This document shows positions 14,415-27,029 of a stretch of 64,000 nt of DNA, piece by piece; position 1 is the first letter of the stretch; each line of letters starts with the position of its first letter. A program made the position numbers and the translations under genes. The notes beneath the pieces are model-generated. The model searched no databases. It saw only the letters and a list, made by a program, of their open reading frames with translations, and was not told the origin of the DNA. This DNA is from the human T2T-CHM13v2.0 reference genome, Homo sapiens, in the NCBI RefSeq assembly GCF_009914755.1, contig NC_060928.1; one strand, written 5' to 3'.

Positions 14415-15898
14415 GGATTGCTACATGATTGGCTATCAAAATAGGCATACATGAGTGCAGGAAGAGTGGAATTGCAGGGCTCTGTGGTGGTTCCTCTGTA
14501 GGATGGGGCCACTGTAGTACTGGCTGTATAGCTGGTGGTGGGTATGTGCAGACTTGGGGGCTGCCAGTTGTGTGACAAATCTGTGTAGGCAAAGTGGCCA
14601 GTCTGCTGTTTGGCAGCTTCCCTGCTGTACAGGTTATCCTGTGTGTGTTGCATGGGTTTGGACACCAGGATCTCAGCTATCTCATCTGGTCTAGGCTGTG
14701 GGCAGCCAGGTCACGGTGCTGGAGGCATCCATATAAATAAAGTAGAGTTATAGTGAGGCTTCAGGGATGGCGAGGTCTCCAGGAAGAACACACTCTAGTA
14801 GTGGGTCTGGTTTCAAGATGGCACTATGCTGTAGCAGCTCTGATCACAGGAGTGAATGGTACACAAGGTGGGCTTGTATTCAAAGGCAATGCAGATGCAC
14901 AGGCTGATGGCTACTTTCCACACTGGATTTGGGGCCTGTGAGGACCAAAGCCCTCTCTTACAGCAAGGATAGCTGGTGTTTGTGGCAGCAATGGGGACCC
15001 CTGGAGATCTCAGCTTCCCTTTTCTCCATAAGAAGTCCCTCCTGACTCTGTGCCAACAGCAGTGGGGGAAACTCTGTGGCAGAGGCAGGATATCTCACTG
15101 CCCTCTCTACAGTGCTATCCTGGGCTTCCATACTTCACAGCGATTTCACTGTGCCTCTGGTGCTCTCCAGTATACTTCCTAGGTCACTCTACTCAAAATA
15201 TATTTGCTGATTCATTTGTTTTCCTTCTCTTTTGTGGGAGCAGGGAGGATCAGTGTCAGGTAATTCTAATTGGCCATTAGAATTATGAAGTCATAAATTC
15301 ATATGACTTCAACCCATATGAATTTAGATATAGGTTCCTGCTCTGTGTCAGCACCACAATAGATAGCAAAATGCTTAAAATCAGAATAAGAATATCGCAC
15401 TTCATGTTCACCATACCTACAAAAGCTTACCACACAATAGAAAACACAATTGTTTCATAATTGATTGATTATAATCTATTTGGAACCCATATTAAAATTA
15501 ATAAAATATTAGGAAAATTATAAGAGAAGACGTTACTTGATGTCTAGTTGTAATTGAGTTATAATTGATGTAAAAATAACTAACAAAATGAAGATAGATA
15601 AGGGAATTAAAAGATATTTTGTTCTCATAAGGTTAAATATGTCTCCTAAACCAAAATATTATTATACAATTACTTTATCAATACTATTTCATCACAGATA
15701 AAGCAAATTCAGTTGAGTTTTTTAAATTATCAATTACATATGTTGATATAAAAATAAACATGACGTTGTATGAGTGTGTGCATGCGTGAGTGCATATGAA
15801 TTCAACTAAAAATATTCCTGATGAAATACTTTTAAGGGGAAGGTGAGAACATAGGCCTTTTTGCTCAATCACATGGGTCCATTTAGTAGATAACTATG

Positions 15899-16209
15899 AT
15901 ATTTATTTATTTGTTTTTGAGACAGCGTTTCACTCTGTCACTCAGGCTGGAGTACAGTGGCATGATCACAGCTCACTGTAGCCTTGATCTCTCCATCTCT
16001 TGGGCTCAAGTGATCCTCCCACCTCAGCCTACCAAGCAGCTGGGACTGCAGCCACTCACCACCATGCCTGGTTAATTTTTGTATTTTTTTGTAGAGACGG
16101 GGTCTTGCCATGTTGCTCAGTTTGGTGTTAAACTTCTGGGTTTAAGTGATCTGCCCTCTTCAGCCTCCCAAAGTGTTAGGATTACAGACAGGAGCCACCG
16201 CACCTAGCC
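15899..16209 (-). mobile_element. AluJ
   Basis: Diverged antisense dimer with J-type 'gatcacagctcactgtagcc' and 'gggctcaagtgatcctcccacctcagcc'. Confidence 0.9.
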
Positions 16210-17831
16210 CCACGGTTTTTATTGTCCCTCATCTTTTCAGAAGTAAACATCAAGCATCTGGAATGAATTTCAAAACTGCTTTTTAATAGTGATTTGCCTT
16301 ATCCTACAAAAAGACTGCCATGCTTTAGACATTTAAAAATATAGAGGGATAATTCTAGTCAATTGGTCACCTGGGTACTCTGGATACATGACAGAGAAGA
16401 GGAGTGATATAATAATATGTGGTTGCAAAATTCCACTGAGATCGAACGTGCCAATGTACAATTTCAAACTCCATTTGCATTTTAAAAGAAGTGCACTCTA
16501 AAATAATTTCACTTCGAACATTTTATGCCTGAATGTATTTTCCATAACCCCCGGGGGACACACATTTTCTGTTAGTAATTGAATACATTTTCTTGCTCTA
16601 GTATTACAGCCATTTATTGAGCAAGTTATGCCAAAATACCTATCAAAATTATTTTGAGGTGTAAAAATATTGTGTCACCTGCTTCTAATTCCAAAACAAT
16701 CCAAGTTATATTTTATTTAAAATTTCCAGCCAAATATTCAGTTAACAGAAAAATATAATTAGTGAAAATGATCTCCAAAATTTACAATCTGAAAGAGTTT
16801 TAACTGGGTTCCCAGGAGATTGGAAATATTTCTGTTTGTTGATGACATTTCCATTGAGATTCTAGAGCACCCACATTTGTAGGAAAAATACATAATTCAA
16901 ATGCCATACATTGGACTGGGTTTTGCTATTTGAAAAACAAAGAATAATAACATTTTTCAGCTGAAAAGCATCTTCATAATTTACTCTTCTAGTCTTTTCA
17001 TTTCAGAGATGAAGAAAAGGAAGCTCAGAAATGTTCATTTATTCCCACATATCACACAGCAAATAAAAAAGTCTAAATAAAATAGAGGTGATTAGATTTT
17101 CACTGAGTCTTGAAAGATTCCTTGCTGACCAGGAAACCAAGGTAGAAGAGTCAGATGAACAAAAAGAGTGATACTCAGAGAGAAGGATATATTTTCCCTA
17201 ATTTGCATAACTACCAGCTGAATTAAAACTGCAGTCCACTGTGGGTTTCTCCACAGCCTCCTTTAGACCTCAAAGTTTATCTCTGCATTCATTTCCTTTC
17301 ACACATTACTCTTAGATTAAGTTTCTCCAAGTAGGTCCATCCTATACTACTCTGGGCTTCATTTCAAAACTGGAGCTTCCCAGAGCCAACACATTAACCC
17401 ATGGCAATTTGAAGTCCTGCCAAGTAATAGAGAAGAGGCTGACTGCCTTGTAAAAACACCAGTGCTTTGTTCCTCCTGCCTTAAGCTGGCCCTCTAATGG
17501 ATTACTTGAGCCTTCTGAGAATGCTGATATTAGGCAGATATCTAAAGCTGCACAGAAGGATCTGCTTCTATACCACTGGAATGTTCCCTGAGACCTGAGA
17601 TATTAAACGAGATCTCGAAATGATGCTCTATCTGAATCTTTTCAAATTATTGTTTTGGGAAATTAAAGTGAGTGGTACAATGGGAGCATGAGGGCCAGGT
17701 AGGGAGAAAAAAATAAATGAATGTATAGTGAGCAACTAACATTCAGTGGAGTGAGTAACTAATTAGGGCAGAGGTATCATCCTATCCTAGTTAAGAAGTT
17801 TTAAAACATGTCTGCAACCCCTTTGATGCTC

Positions 17832-19246
17832 TGATGTGGTTTGGCTATGTCCCCACCCAAATCTCATCTTGAACTGTAGCTCCCATAATCCCCACGTATC
17901 ATGAGAGGGACCTGGTGGGAGGTAATCGAATCATGGGGGTGGGTTTTTCCCATGCTGTTCTTGTGGTAGTGAACAAATCTCATGAGATCTGATTGTTTTA
18001 TAAATGGGAGTTCCCCTGCACAAGATCTCTTGCCTATCGGGTGGAATTCAGCCCCTGATATTTCACGTGGGTCCTTTTCTATTTTCCCTAAGTGTCGTCC
18101 AGTCTGAGAAATAAAGGGAAAGAGAGAAATTTTAAAGCTGGGCGTCCGGGGGAGACATCACATGTCAGCAGGTTCCGTGATGCCCCCCAAGCCTCAAAAC
18201 CAGCAAGTTTTTATTAGTGATTTTTAAAAGGGGAGGGAGTGTACGAATGGGGTGTGGATCACAGAGATCACATGCTTCACAAGGTAATAAAATATCACAA
18301 GGCAAATGGAGGCAGGGCGAGATCACAGGACCTGGGCGAAATTAAAATTGCTAATGAAGTTTCGGCACACATTGTCATTGATAACACCTTATCAGGAGGC
18401 AGGGTTTGAGAGCAGACAACTGGTCTGACCAAAATTTATTAGGCAGGAGTTTCCTCATCCTAATAAGCCTGGGAGCGCTACGGGATACCAGGGCTTATTT
18501 CATCCCTTATCTACAACCATAAAAGACAGACGTCCCCAGAGCGGCCATTTTAGAGGCTTACCCCTAGACATGCATTCTCTTTCTCAGGGCTGTTCCTTGC
18601 TGAGAAAAAGAATTCAGTGATATTTCTCCTATTTGCTTTTGAAAGAAGAGAGATATGGCTCTGTTCCACCCAGCTCACAGGCAACCAGACTTTAAGGTTA
18701 TATCCTTTGTTCCCTGAACATCACTGTTTTCCTGTTCTGTTTTCAAGGTGCCCAGATTTCATATAGTTTAAACAATTTGTGCAGTTAACGCAATCATCAC
18801 AGGGTCCTGAGGCGACATTCATTCTCAGCTTATGAAGATGATGGGATTAAGAGATTAAATACAGGCATAGGAAGTCACAAGAGTATTGATTGGGGAAGTG
18901 ATAAGTGTCCATGAAATCTTCACAATGTATGTTCAGAGATTGCAGTAAAGACAGGCATAAGAAATTATAAAAGTATTAATTTGGGGAACTAATAAATGTC
19001 CATGAAATCTTCACAATTTTTGTTCTTCTGCCATGGATTCATCCGGTCCCTCTGTTCGGGATCCCTGACTTCCCGCAACACTTGCCTGTTGCCATGTAAG
19101 ATGTGCCTTTGCTTTTTGTTTGCCTTCCACCATGATTGTGAGGTCTCTCCAGCCATGTGGAACTGTGAGTTCATTAAACCTCTTCTTTTATAAGTTACCC
19201 AGTCTCAAGAATGTCTTTATCAGCAGCATGAGAACAGACTAATACA
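17832..19246 (+). mobile_element. THE1B solo LTR split by MER11 (17832-18034 and 19081-19246)
   Basis: tgatgtggtttgg...gactaataca; THE1B-type 'gggagttcccctgcacaag'; TSD tgctc/tgctt. Confidence 0.9.
18035..19080 (-). mobile_element. MER11 solo LTR (HERV-K11/HML-8)
   Basis: Minus strand starts TGTTGCGGGAAGTCAGGGA and ends ...CCGATA; internal tandem unit ~18858-19017; perfect 6-bp TSD CTTGCC (18029-18034 / 19081-19086), the length typical of betaretrovirus-like ERVs. Confidence 0.93.
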
Positions 19247-20274
19247 TGCTTCTTCTACAAGAAGTGTGATATAATTGCTCACCCCTTAAATTTGCATCAA
19301 CATGAAATGATTCACTTCTAATCAATAGGATGCTGTATGAACTATATACAGTTACTACCTGGTTCTCTCTCTCTCTCTTCCTCCTTCTCTTTTATTCTGT
19401 CTTGGGTACTGAGGTCTTTGGAGTCCTGCACCTCCATGTAAGAAGTTTAGCTCCCTTGAACTTAGATTATATGGAGATAGACTAGCCCAAGGGGCTTCAG
19501 CTGCTCCATCTCAGAGCTGTTCAAGTCCAGATGCCAGCATGTGAATGAGGAAGACTTCAGATAGTCCAGCCCCTGGCCTTTGAGGCACTCCTGCTGATGG
19601 TAAGAATAGCAGAAAAAAACTTCCTCATAGGGTCCTGTCCAGATTGCAGATATATGAGCAAAAGTCATGATGTTTTGTTGAAACCACCAGATGGGAGTGG
19701 TTTATTACATAGCCTCAGCACCTGGAACTTGGTCACAGGTGACTCAGTTGAGTCTCAGAAATATTTAGCCTTGGCTTTCACAGATCTGACTAGTGCAGAG
19801 CCAGAAGCTGAATACTGGTTTTGCTTCCACCAATGCTTCTGCCTTTTCATCAGACTACATAGACCAATATTTTTTCATTTCAGCTGCAAACCCATGATTT
19901 CCTGCTTCCCTAATGTGCTGTCTACTGCAGTACAGTCTGAATGTATAACTAACAGATTCCTGTTGACTCTCAATAACAGTCACAAAGCTGTTATCTGGAT
20001 GCAAAGTCTCTGTGCAAAGAACCTGCGACACTGATAAAATAGACAATATAACATTGGTACTTTAAATGAATCATACCTTTGGCAGCTAATCTCCAGATAA
20101 TTTCCTATATACACATGCTACTCTGCCCTTTAAGAGGAAACATATATCCTCTCTCCTTGGTATCCTCTCCCCTTTAAGCCTGTGACTGATAGGACCAATA
20201 GAATACAGACAATGTGGTGTCCTAGGACTTCTGAGTTCTGACCTCTGCTTCCTTTCTCTTGACACCCCAAGCAC

Positions 20275-20939
20275 TGTCTTAGTCAATTCAAGCTGCTATA
20301 AGAAAAATACCATAGGCTAGGTGGCTTAAACAACAGAAATTTATTTCTCACAGTTCTGGAGGCTGGGAAGTCCAAGATCAAGGTGTCAGCAGATCCGTTG
20401 ACTAGCAAGTGGCCTTTTCTTGGCTTGCACATGGCCATGTTTGGATTTAATCTCACATGGCAGAGAATCAGAGCTCTTTATCTTCTTAAAGTGGCCACTT
20501 TAAGAAGATAAGGGATTAATTGTCATTCAAAGATCCCATCTCCAAATACAGTAGACCCTGCTTATCTACATATTGCTTTCCATGGTTTTAGTTACCTCAG
20601 ATGCAGTACAATAAGACATTTTGAGGGAGAGAGAGAGAAAAAGAGACCATATTCACACAACTGTTATGACAATACAACATAATAACTTTTATTTTATAAA
20701 TAATTATTGTTGTTACACTCTTACTATGCCTAATTTACAAATTAAACTTTATCATAGGTACATGTGCATAGAAAAAAAATCACATTAAATATATGATTTT
20801 TTAGTATCTGCGGTTTCAAGTATTCACTAGGGCCTTGAGACACATTTCCCAGGAAGAAGGGAGGTCTACCTTACCAACCCACTGGGAATTTAGGCTTTAC
20901 CACATGAATTTAGGGGAGTAAAATATTCATTCCATAACA
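20275..20939 (-). mobile_element. MLT1A-type LTR split by MER44A
   Basis: 'tgtcttagtc...ggtggcttaaacaacagaaatttatttctcacagttctggaggctgggaagtccaagatcaagg'; ends 'cattccataaca'. Confidence 0.8.
20549..20871 (+). mobile_element. MER44A (Tigger-family MITE)
   Basis: Degenerate TIRs cagtagaccctgcttatc / gaagaagggaggtctacc flanked by TA; internal 'gtgcc-like...aattaaactttatcataggta' MER44-type sequence. Confidence 0.8.
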
Positions 20940-21529
20940 GCCACCATAAAAGAAACCCAGGCTAGTTTGCCCAAAAGAATGGCCACACGACAAGGCCATG
21001 GAGGGTAACTTGCTGTGTGGAGAAGGGGCACATGGGTGCACACAGGGGAGAGTTAAGCAGCTCCAGTCACAGCCACCATCTGATTGGAACACAGAAAAGA
21101 CCTCACATGAGGCCAGGAAGGAGAATACTCAGTTGAGCTCGGGCCTACCCTTGGAATCATGAAGTGTGATACAACCGTTTTCAATTTTAGCCATTATATT
21201 TTTAGGTGGCTATATACTCAGCTATAGCTAATCAGAACAATACATATTATTGTCATTGTTAATCATGCACAGAATAATAAAAACTATCAACTATTGGGAC
21301 TTCACATGTTTGATGAAGTATTTGAAATACTGTTTAATCATCAATAAATTCTGTGTTCAAAACAGTAGTTATTGTTATCAACATTCTTTAGATGTGAAAA
21401 CTGAACTGTTGGCAGGTAAAGTTTGTTGATGAGTTTATGCAGTTATTAGGTAATACAAGTTGGCTATTAACTCAACTTATTTTGAGCCCACAATCTGTTT
21501 TACTTGCTTCATTATTACTCACAAAGATC

Positions 21530-22897
21530 TCACGTTTGTTATGATGCTAGTGTAAACAAACCTACTGTACTGTCAGTCCTATAAAAGTCTAGCACATACA
21601 ATCATGAAGAGTACATGATAATTGATCATAATAATAAATGACTATTTTATGACTAATTTAAGTCATAGTAATAAAAAAGACTAATTTAAGTATTTACTAA
21701 ACTGCTTGTTATTTTTGGGTCTACTTCTTTAGTTTATTTTAAAAAGAAAGTTAACTGTAGAACAGCAAGCAGTTTCTTCAGGACATATTCCAGAAGAAGG
21801 CATCATTATCACAGACAGCTCCATGCACAGTATTGCCCCTGAAGATTTTCCAGTGGGAGAAGACATGAAGATGGATGACAGTAATATCAATGATCCTGAC
21901 TCAGTGTAAGCCTAGGCTAATGTATGTGTTTGTATCTTTGTTTTCATACAAAAGTCTAAAAAGTAATTAAAAAGGGAAAAAGCTTATAGAAATAAAGGTA
22001 TAAAGAAACAAGATAGCTGTATAACGCATTTGTGTTTGAAGTTAGGTGTTATTACAAAAGTTAAATAAATTAGGCTGATCACCGTGGCTCACGACTGTAA
22101 TCTCAGCACTTTGGGAGGCTGAGGCCAGTGGATAGCTTGAGCCCAGGAGTTTGAGACCAGCCTGGGCAACATGGTGAAACCTCATCTCTAGGAAAAAATA
22201 CAAAAAATAGCCAGGCATGATGTGCACCTGTAGTACGAGCTACTTGGGAGGCTGTGGTGAGAGCATGGCTTGAGCCTAGGAGACAGAGGTTGCAGTGAGC
22301 TGAGATTGCGCCACTGTCCACCAGCCTGGGGAAAAGAGCAAGACTCTATCTCAAAAAAAAAAAAAATCAAAATGCTTATAAAGTAAAAAAGTTATAGCAA
22401 GCTAAGTTTAATTTATTATTAAAGAAAGACATTTTCAATAAATTTAGTGTAGCCTAAGTATACAGTGTTTATAAAGTCTACAGTAGTGTTCAGTAATCTC
22501 ATAGGGCTACACATTCACTCACCACTCACTGATTCACCCAGAGCAACTTTCAGTTCTCCAACTCCATTTATCATAAGTGCCCTATACAGATGTTCTGGGT
22601 TGTTTCTTTTTTTTTTTTAATCTCTTACAACATATTTTTACTGTACCTTACCTATATTTACCTATTTTTAGATACATAAACACCACTGTGTTACAATTGC
22701 CTGCAGTATTCAGTACAGTAACATGTTATACAAGTTTGCAGCCTAAGAGAAACAGGCCATTTCATGTAGCCTAGGTGTGTAGTAGCCTACACCATCCAGG
22801 TTTGTGGAAGTGCACCCTATGATGTTTGCACAATTAGGAAATTGCCTAAGGACACCCTTCTCAGAAACTATCCCTGTCATTAAGTGGTGCATGACTG
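21530..22897. mobile_element. Tigger3-family (Tigger3b/MER7-like) DNA transposon fossil interrupted by an Alu
   Basis: 'gtgtaaacaaacctactg...ataaaagtctagcacatacaat'; terminal repeat '...gtcattaagtggtgcatgactg' followed by TA at 22898. Confidence 0.8.
22073..22366 (+). mobile_element. AluJ inside Tigger3
   Basis: J-type 'gcttgagcccaggagtttgagaccagcctgggcaacatgg'; A tail 22353-22366. Confidence 0.9.
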
Positions 22898-25079
22898 TAC
22901 TTGTAAGTGAATGCTTTACAGGCATTTTGGAAAGCAAGTTGTTTCAGGGTACTGGTGCTTCCTGGAGGAATCATCAATCACAATTCACGACATCTTCTAG
23001 GAGGTGAGAAGTTCTTGAGTGACTGGGGGCCTTCTGTGCTGTAAAGATAATTAGGATTTCTGAATGACTTAGGCAATGTTAGCAACCTATGAAACTGACA
23101 AGATTCCTAACCATAAAGCTGCCATTCGAGGATGAAGCCTTCTGGGTCTTCAGAGGTTGATCCAGAATTTGGAGGCACATTTCCTTAGGATAAACATGGG
23201 GAGAAAATAGTTCCACATTCTATTAAGTGATGATAGCTAATAAAGTGCAATAGATGTCACCTTGGAAAGATTCCCAGTTTGAACTGAAGAGCTCTAGCAG
23301 CAGCATGTGAGCTAGCATTGTTCTATACTTCCAAAAAGTGCGGAACATGAGTTATGGCCTCTCTCCCTACTGTGTCTTGAGTTATAGAAATTATCCATTT
23401 GTCCTCTGATGGATTTTAACCCTTCAGCTTAAAGTCCTAAGCACCTTGATTACATATTTTCCCTAGAGTTGGCTTTTACAAATTAAATCAAGAAAAGTTT
23501 TGGAGGAAAATTTCTCTTTTAAGGATGACTTTCTTCCCATTTTAGTTTTCATTCAAAAATTATTTATTAATGTTTACTAAGTCTCAGGAAATACTTTTGG
23601 TTCTGGGATATAGTGGTAAATAACATAGAAATGAATTCATTCTTTAAGGGGATTTTTTTTTTCTTTTCTTTTTTTCTTTTTGCTTCAAAAGTAAGATTTC
23701 TCTTGAACTCCATGTTTCTCCAAACTTGGGGAAATGTTTATCCATGATAATGTGTCCCTGTTCTATATATAAGATCAAATAATACTCAAAGAGAAAATGA
23801 GATTATGCATGTGCACAATTTCACAGACTTATAGATAGTTACAAAAGAGACCTTGGAGATAAATACTTCCCAACAAAGCCAAATGAATTGCTTCAATATG
23901 TCAAAGGCCCCAGTATCTTACATAAACCAAAACGTCTAATATGCAGTTCTTCATTCTTTATTACCAAACTCTCCCTGACTTTTACATTATTATTCTTTCA
24001 GGACACAGCAAGATGTTGCCTGTGTCATTAAAGCATCAGATTGATTACTGCAAGCACAGTGATGAAGTTCATAGGCTTTGGAGTCAGTTTATATCATATT
24101 CCCAAGGTTCATGTTAAAACAATTCTCTATACTGGTGGCATAATCTTAAAGAAAATGATATATTTCTAGCAGTCTCACTACTCTTATGTTTAAAATCAAG
24201 AAATACATGTGAACCCTGGCACCTTGGAATTATTCAATGTATGATAATTATGAATTAAAATTTTTTCCCTATTGGACGTCCATTTCAATTTTTATACTTG
24301 AAAATGCTTTCCTTGATAACTCTCAGTTACAAAATAAAACAACACTTTTGTGGTTCTGAATGTCCAGTCTCTGGTGCAAATGGTTACAAATAGGCAGTTG
24401 GTAAACTAAAGTTATTTTAAAAGGACAAGGGACCCACACTCCGAAAAAAAGACATATCTGCCTCCATGTATTTCAAAAATACTTTTTTCGATGCCAACAA
24501 TCACTATTAATTTGAAATGGAATGAAAAACTGTGAAAAGTTATGAGCAATAATTTCATTCACAAAACGGTAGATAGCCAACATTGGATAGCCAAGGACAA
24601 CTGGACATTGTTTCAGGTTCATAGGTCATTGCCAAAGATCCTTTCATCATCTGGGTAATTTGACTTTCTCCCTCTTGGAAAACTGACACTGGTTCTCTGT
24701 TGTATGTTCTAGAGCTACACAGGGGAGTCAGTTTTTGTATCATTCATTGGTTTGTCTCTTCACTATATTCAGTGAAAATGTCTTTAGCCGAAGTTAATCA
24801 AAATAAGTGTCAAGTCATAAACTTCAGATAGTTTTTTACCCAATATTGGAAGAAAAACGACTTTGGCTCTATTTATTTTCTACAAATGAGTTAGCTTGAT
24901 TCTTAGTGAATTACATTTATTATTAGCAAGTGTTTTAAGGCAATAAAGTCTGACTTTTCCTAAACTCATCAGCACGTACACATCCAGACACCTGCTCCCG
25001 TGCCTTTAGTTAACTAGGAAAGTTGTAACTGCTCTAAAACAATGTAGTCTCTGCTCAAATCATAGCATGTGTAATTAAA

Positions 25080-25280
25080 TGCATAAGATCTAAACTATCT
25101 AAGTTCAAACTCCAGAAATATAAATTTACCAGATGTGTGTTTTCTATTAACTTGGTAGGCCTTTGCTTAGACGAAGTTTCCTCATCTGTAAAATATGACT
25201 AATTATTGTTCTTGGTTTTAGGGTTGTTGTGAGCAGTGCCTAGCTCTTGGAAATCTCTCAATATGTGATTATTATTATTA
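25080..25280 (+). mobile_element. MIR SINE fragment
   Basis: 'agtttcctcatctgtaaaat...tagggttgttgtgag'. Confidence 0.6.
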
Positions 25281-26499
25281 TTGTACTTTTTTGACAAATA
25301 CATTTAAATAATTAGTCATAGAGAACAAAATCAGTCATTTATAAAAGAGACTGTTTCCTGAACATTGGCTGTGTGCCCAGCCCTGTACTAAAACTGTTAT
25401 TTCTCATTGCTTAACCTTATCAAGAGGGGTCTGCAACATTTTGTCTGGAAGCACTGTGGAAGTTAAAGAAACACAGTCCAGCCAAAAAAAAAATTGCCGA
25501 ATATTCCCATTTACTTTCATTTTTAAAAATATGTGGGAGATTCCGTTGTATTTTCCACAGAGGCATTTCATTTTTTTTTTTTTTTTTTGCTTTCCCTTTT
25601 AAAAATACATGTCCATCATATACCACACACCACCATAACTGAAACATCTTTTTCCCAGGAGCCTCCAATTGCTCCTCAGAGCCAAGCCGCACATCGCTTT
25701 TTTCTGCTAATACCCATCCCCTTTCTCCATTTTTAAAAGTAGAACTACTTTGCCTTTCATTAGCAAGAAAGAATGTTATTTCTTGAGGAAGCATAGTGAC
25801 AGGAGGTGAAGGGGGTAGGAATTGATGTGGAAATTGCTCAGTTCTCTTTGGTAATTGGAGGAAACACATCCAAATTACCAATTTTTCTTCAGTCACATCC
25901 AGTTTACTGTCTTAACCATCTATGAAGTAGTATTACCACTATTTTATTGATGAGGAACTTGAATTTTCAAAAAAAACTTTAATCTATCAAGCCATCAATC
26001 TGGATTTTAATCCCTAGTTCATAACATTTGCAAAGTTAATGTTTTTCTCACTGGACTATTTCACATGATTGTTACCCTATATTAGGATACACACTCTGAG
26101 TCAAGAAAATATACACCAAAGAAGTCTTTAGAAACAAGCCTCACATAGCTCCACTTGGGGTATACACGTTTTTGATGCAGTGTCTGCCTAGAACCAATCT
26201 CAGCTCTGGGCTGAGGTCCCTAGATTTTTATTTTTTCCCTGCTTCTTAAATCTTTACGTTTGTAAGGTTGGGCCAAGCTTCACGTTCTTGGTTCATCTAT
26301 GACACAATCCCATCATATCCGGGGTCATTATGGTTATTCCCATGATCTTATTCCGCAATTGTAATTTATCCCTTATGTTTCTGCGGCAAACTCTACCAGT
26401 TTCGTAACTGATATCCATTCTTCTCTTCATTTCTAAAGGCATCCAGGCCAGCAATGCACCCACTAAGAAACATTCTTATCCCTTTAGGATGCAGTGATA

Positions 26500-26670
26500 A
26501 GGAGTCTGAGGCAAAGTTATAGGGTGCTTCTAATGATCTGTGCCTTCATCTGGGCACAGACTGAACTGGTATGTTCTATCAGTAAAATTGTATCACATTG
26601 TGCACTTTTCATACCTATGTCTTTCGGTCGGTGAATCATTCTTTAATAATAAGTGAAAAAAGAAAGAAAA
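26500..26670 (+). mobile_element. Old L1M (ME-like) 3' end fragment
   Basis: 'agggtgcttctaatgatctg...gtaaaattg...ttgtgcacttttc...aataataag' followed by an A-rich tract. Confidence 0.4.
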
Positions 26671-27029
26671 TAGTTACTATAACAACAACAAAAAAACACT
26701 TTTCGCAGCTAATGGTGTCCATGTGGTCTACTTTGAGATATTAAGATACAAGCAGCATTCTACAGGATGGGACTTTGTGGTAAGACCATTGTTTTCCGGA
26801 TAGAAGACTCAGACCATGACTTTTGACTTTTATCCTCGTCCATTCCCCGTTCTTCATTCCTGAGAGTTGGGCATGAATTTAGAGGTAGATCAAGTACTTT
26901 ATAAGTATAAGAATAAAAATTATATGCTAAAATAAAAAAGCTGGAAGAAACCTAGGCCTTGATTCTGAGCAAGGTAATTTGTCCTGGATTGTGACTTCCG
27001 GACTTCTTGTTATTTGAGAAATACATATT

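Larger units (their letters stand above)
17790..19728 (+). mobile_element. Old MLT1 (G/H-like) LTR split by THE1B
   Basis: 'aaaacatgtctgcaacccctttgat' before 17832 continues after 19251; MLT1-like 3' end 'gagtggtttattacatagc...ctggaac'. Confidence 0.55.
20150..21239 (+). mobile_element. Old MLT1 (H-like) LTR split by an MLT1A-type LTR
   Basis: 'gtgactgataggaccaatagaat' before 20275; 3' part 20940-21239 ends 'gctatagctaatcagaaca'. Confidence 0.5.

Noticed and set aside
18858-19017. Tandem duplicated unit containing 'acaggcata...tgtccatgaaatcttcacaat'
   Set aside because: As I recall, an intrinsic feature of MER11 LTRs rather than a locus-specific event.
19597-20034. 145-aa plus-strand ORF
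   Set aside because: Begins inside an MLT1-like LTR and has no recognisable protein features; consistent with chance.
25420-25896. 158-aa minus-strand ORF
   Set aside because: Non-ATG start, crosses mononucleotide runs, no recognisable domain or convincing exon boundaries.
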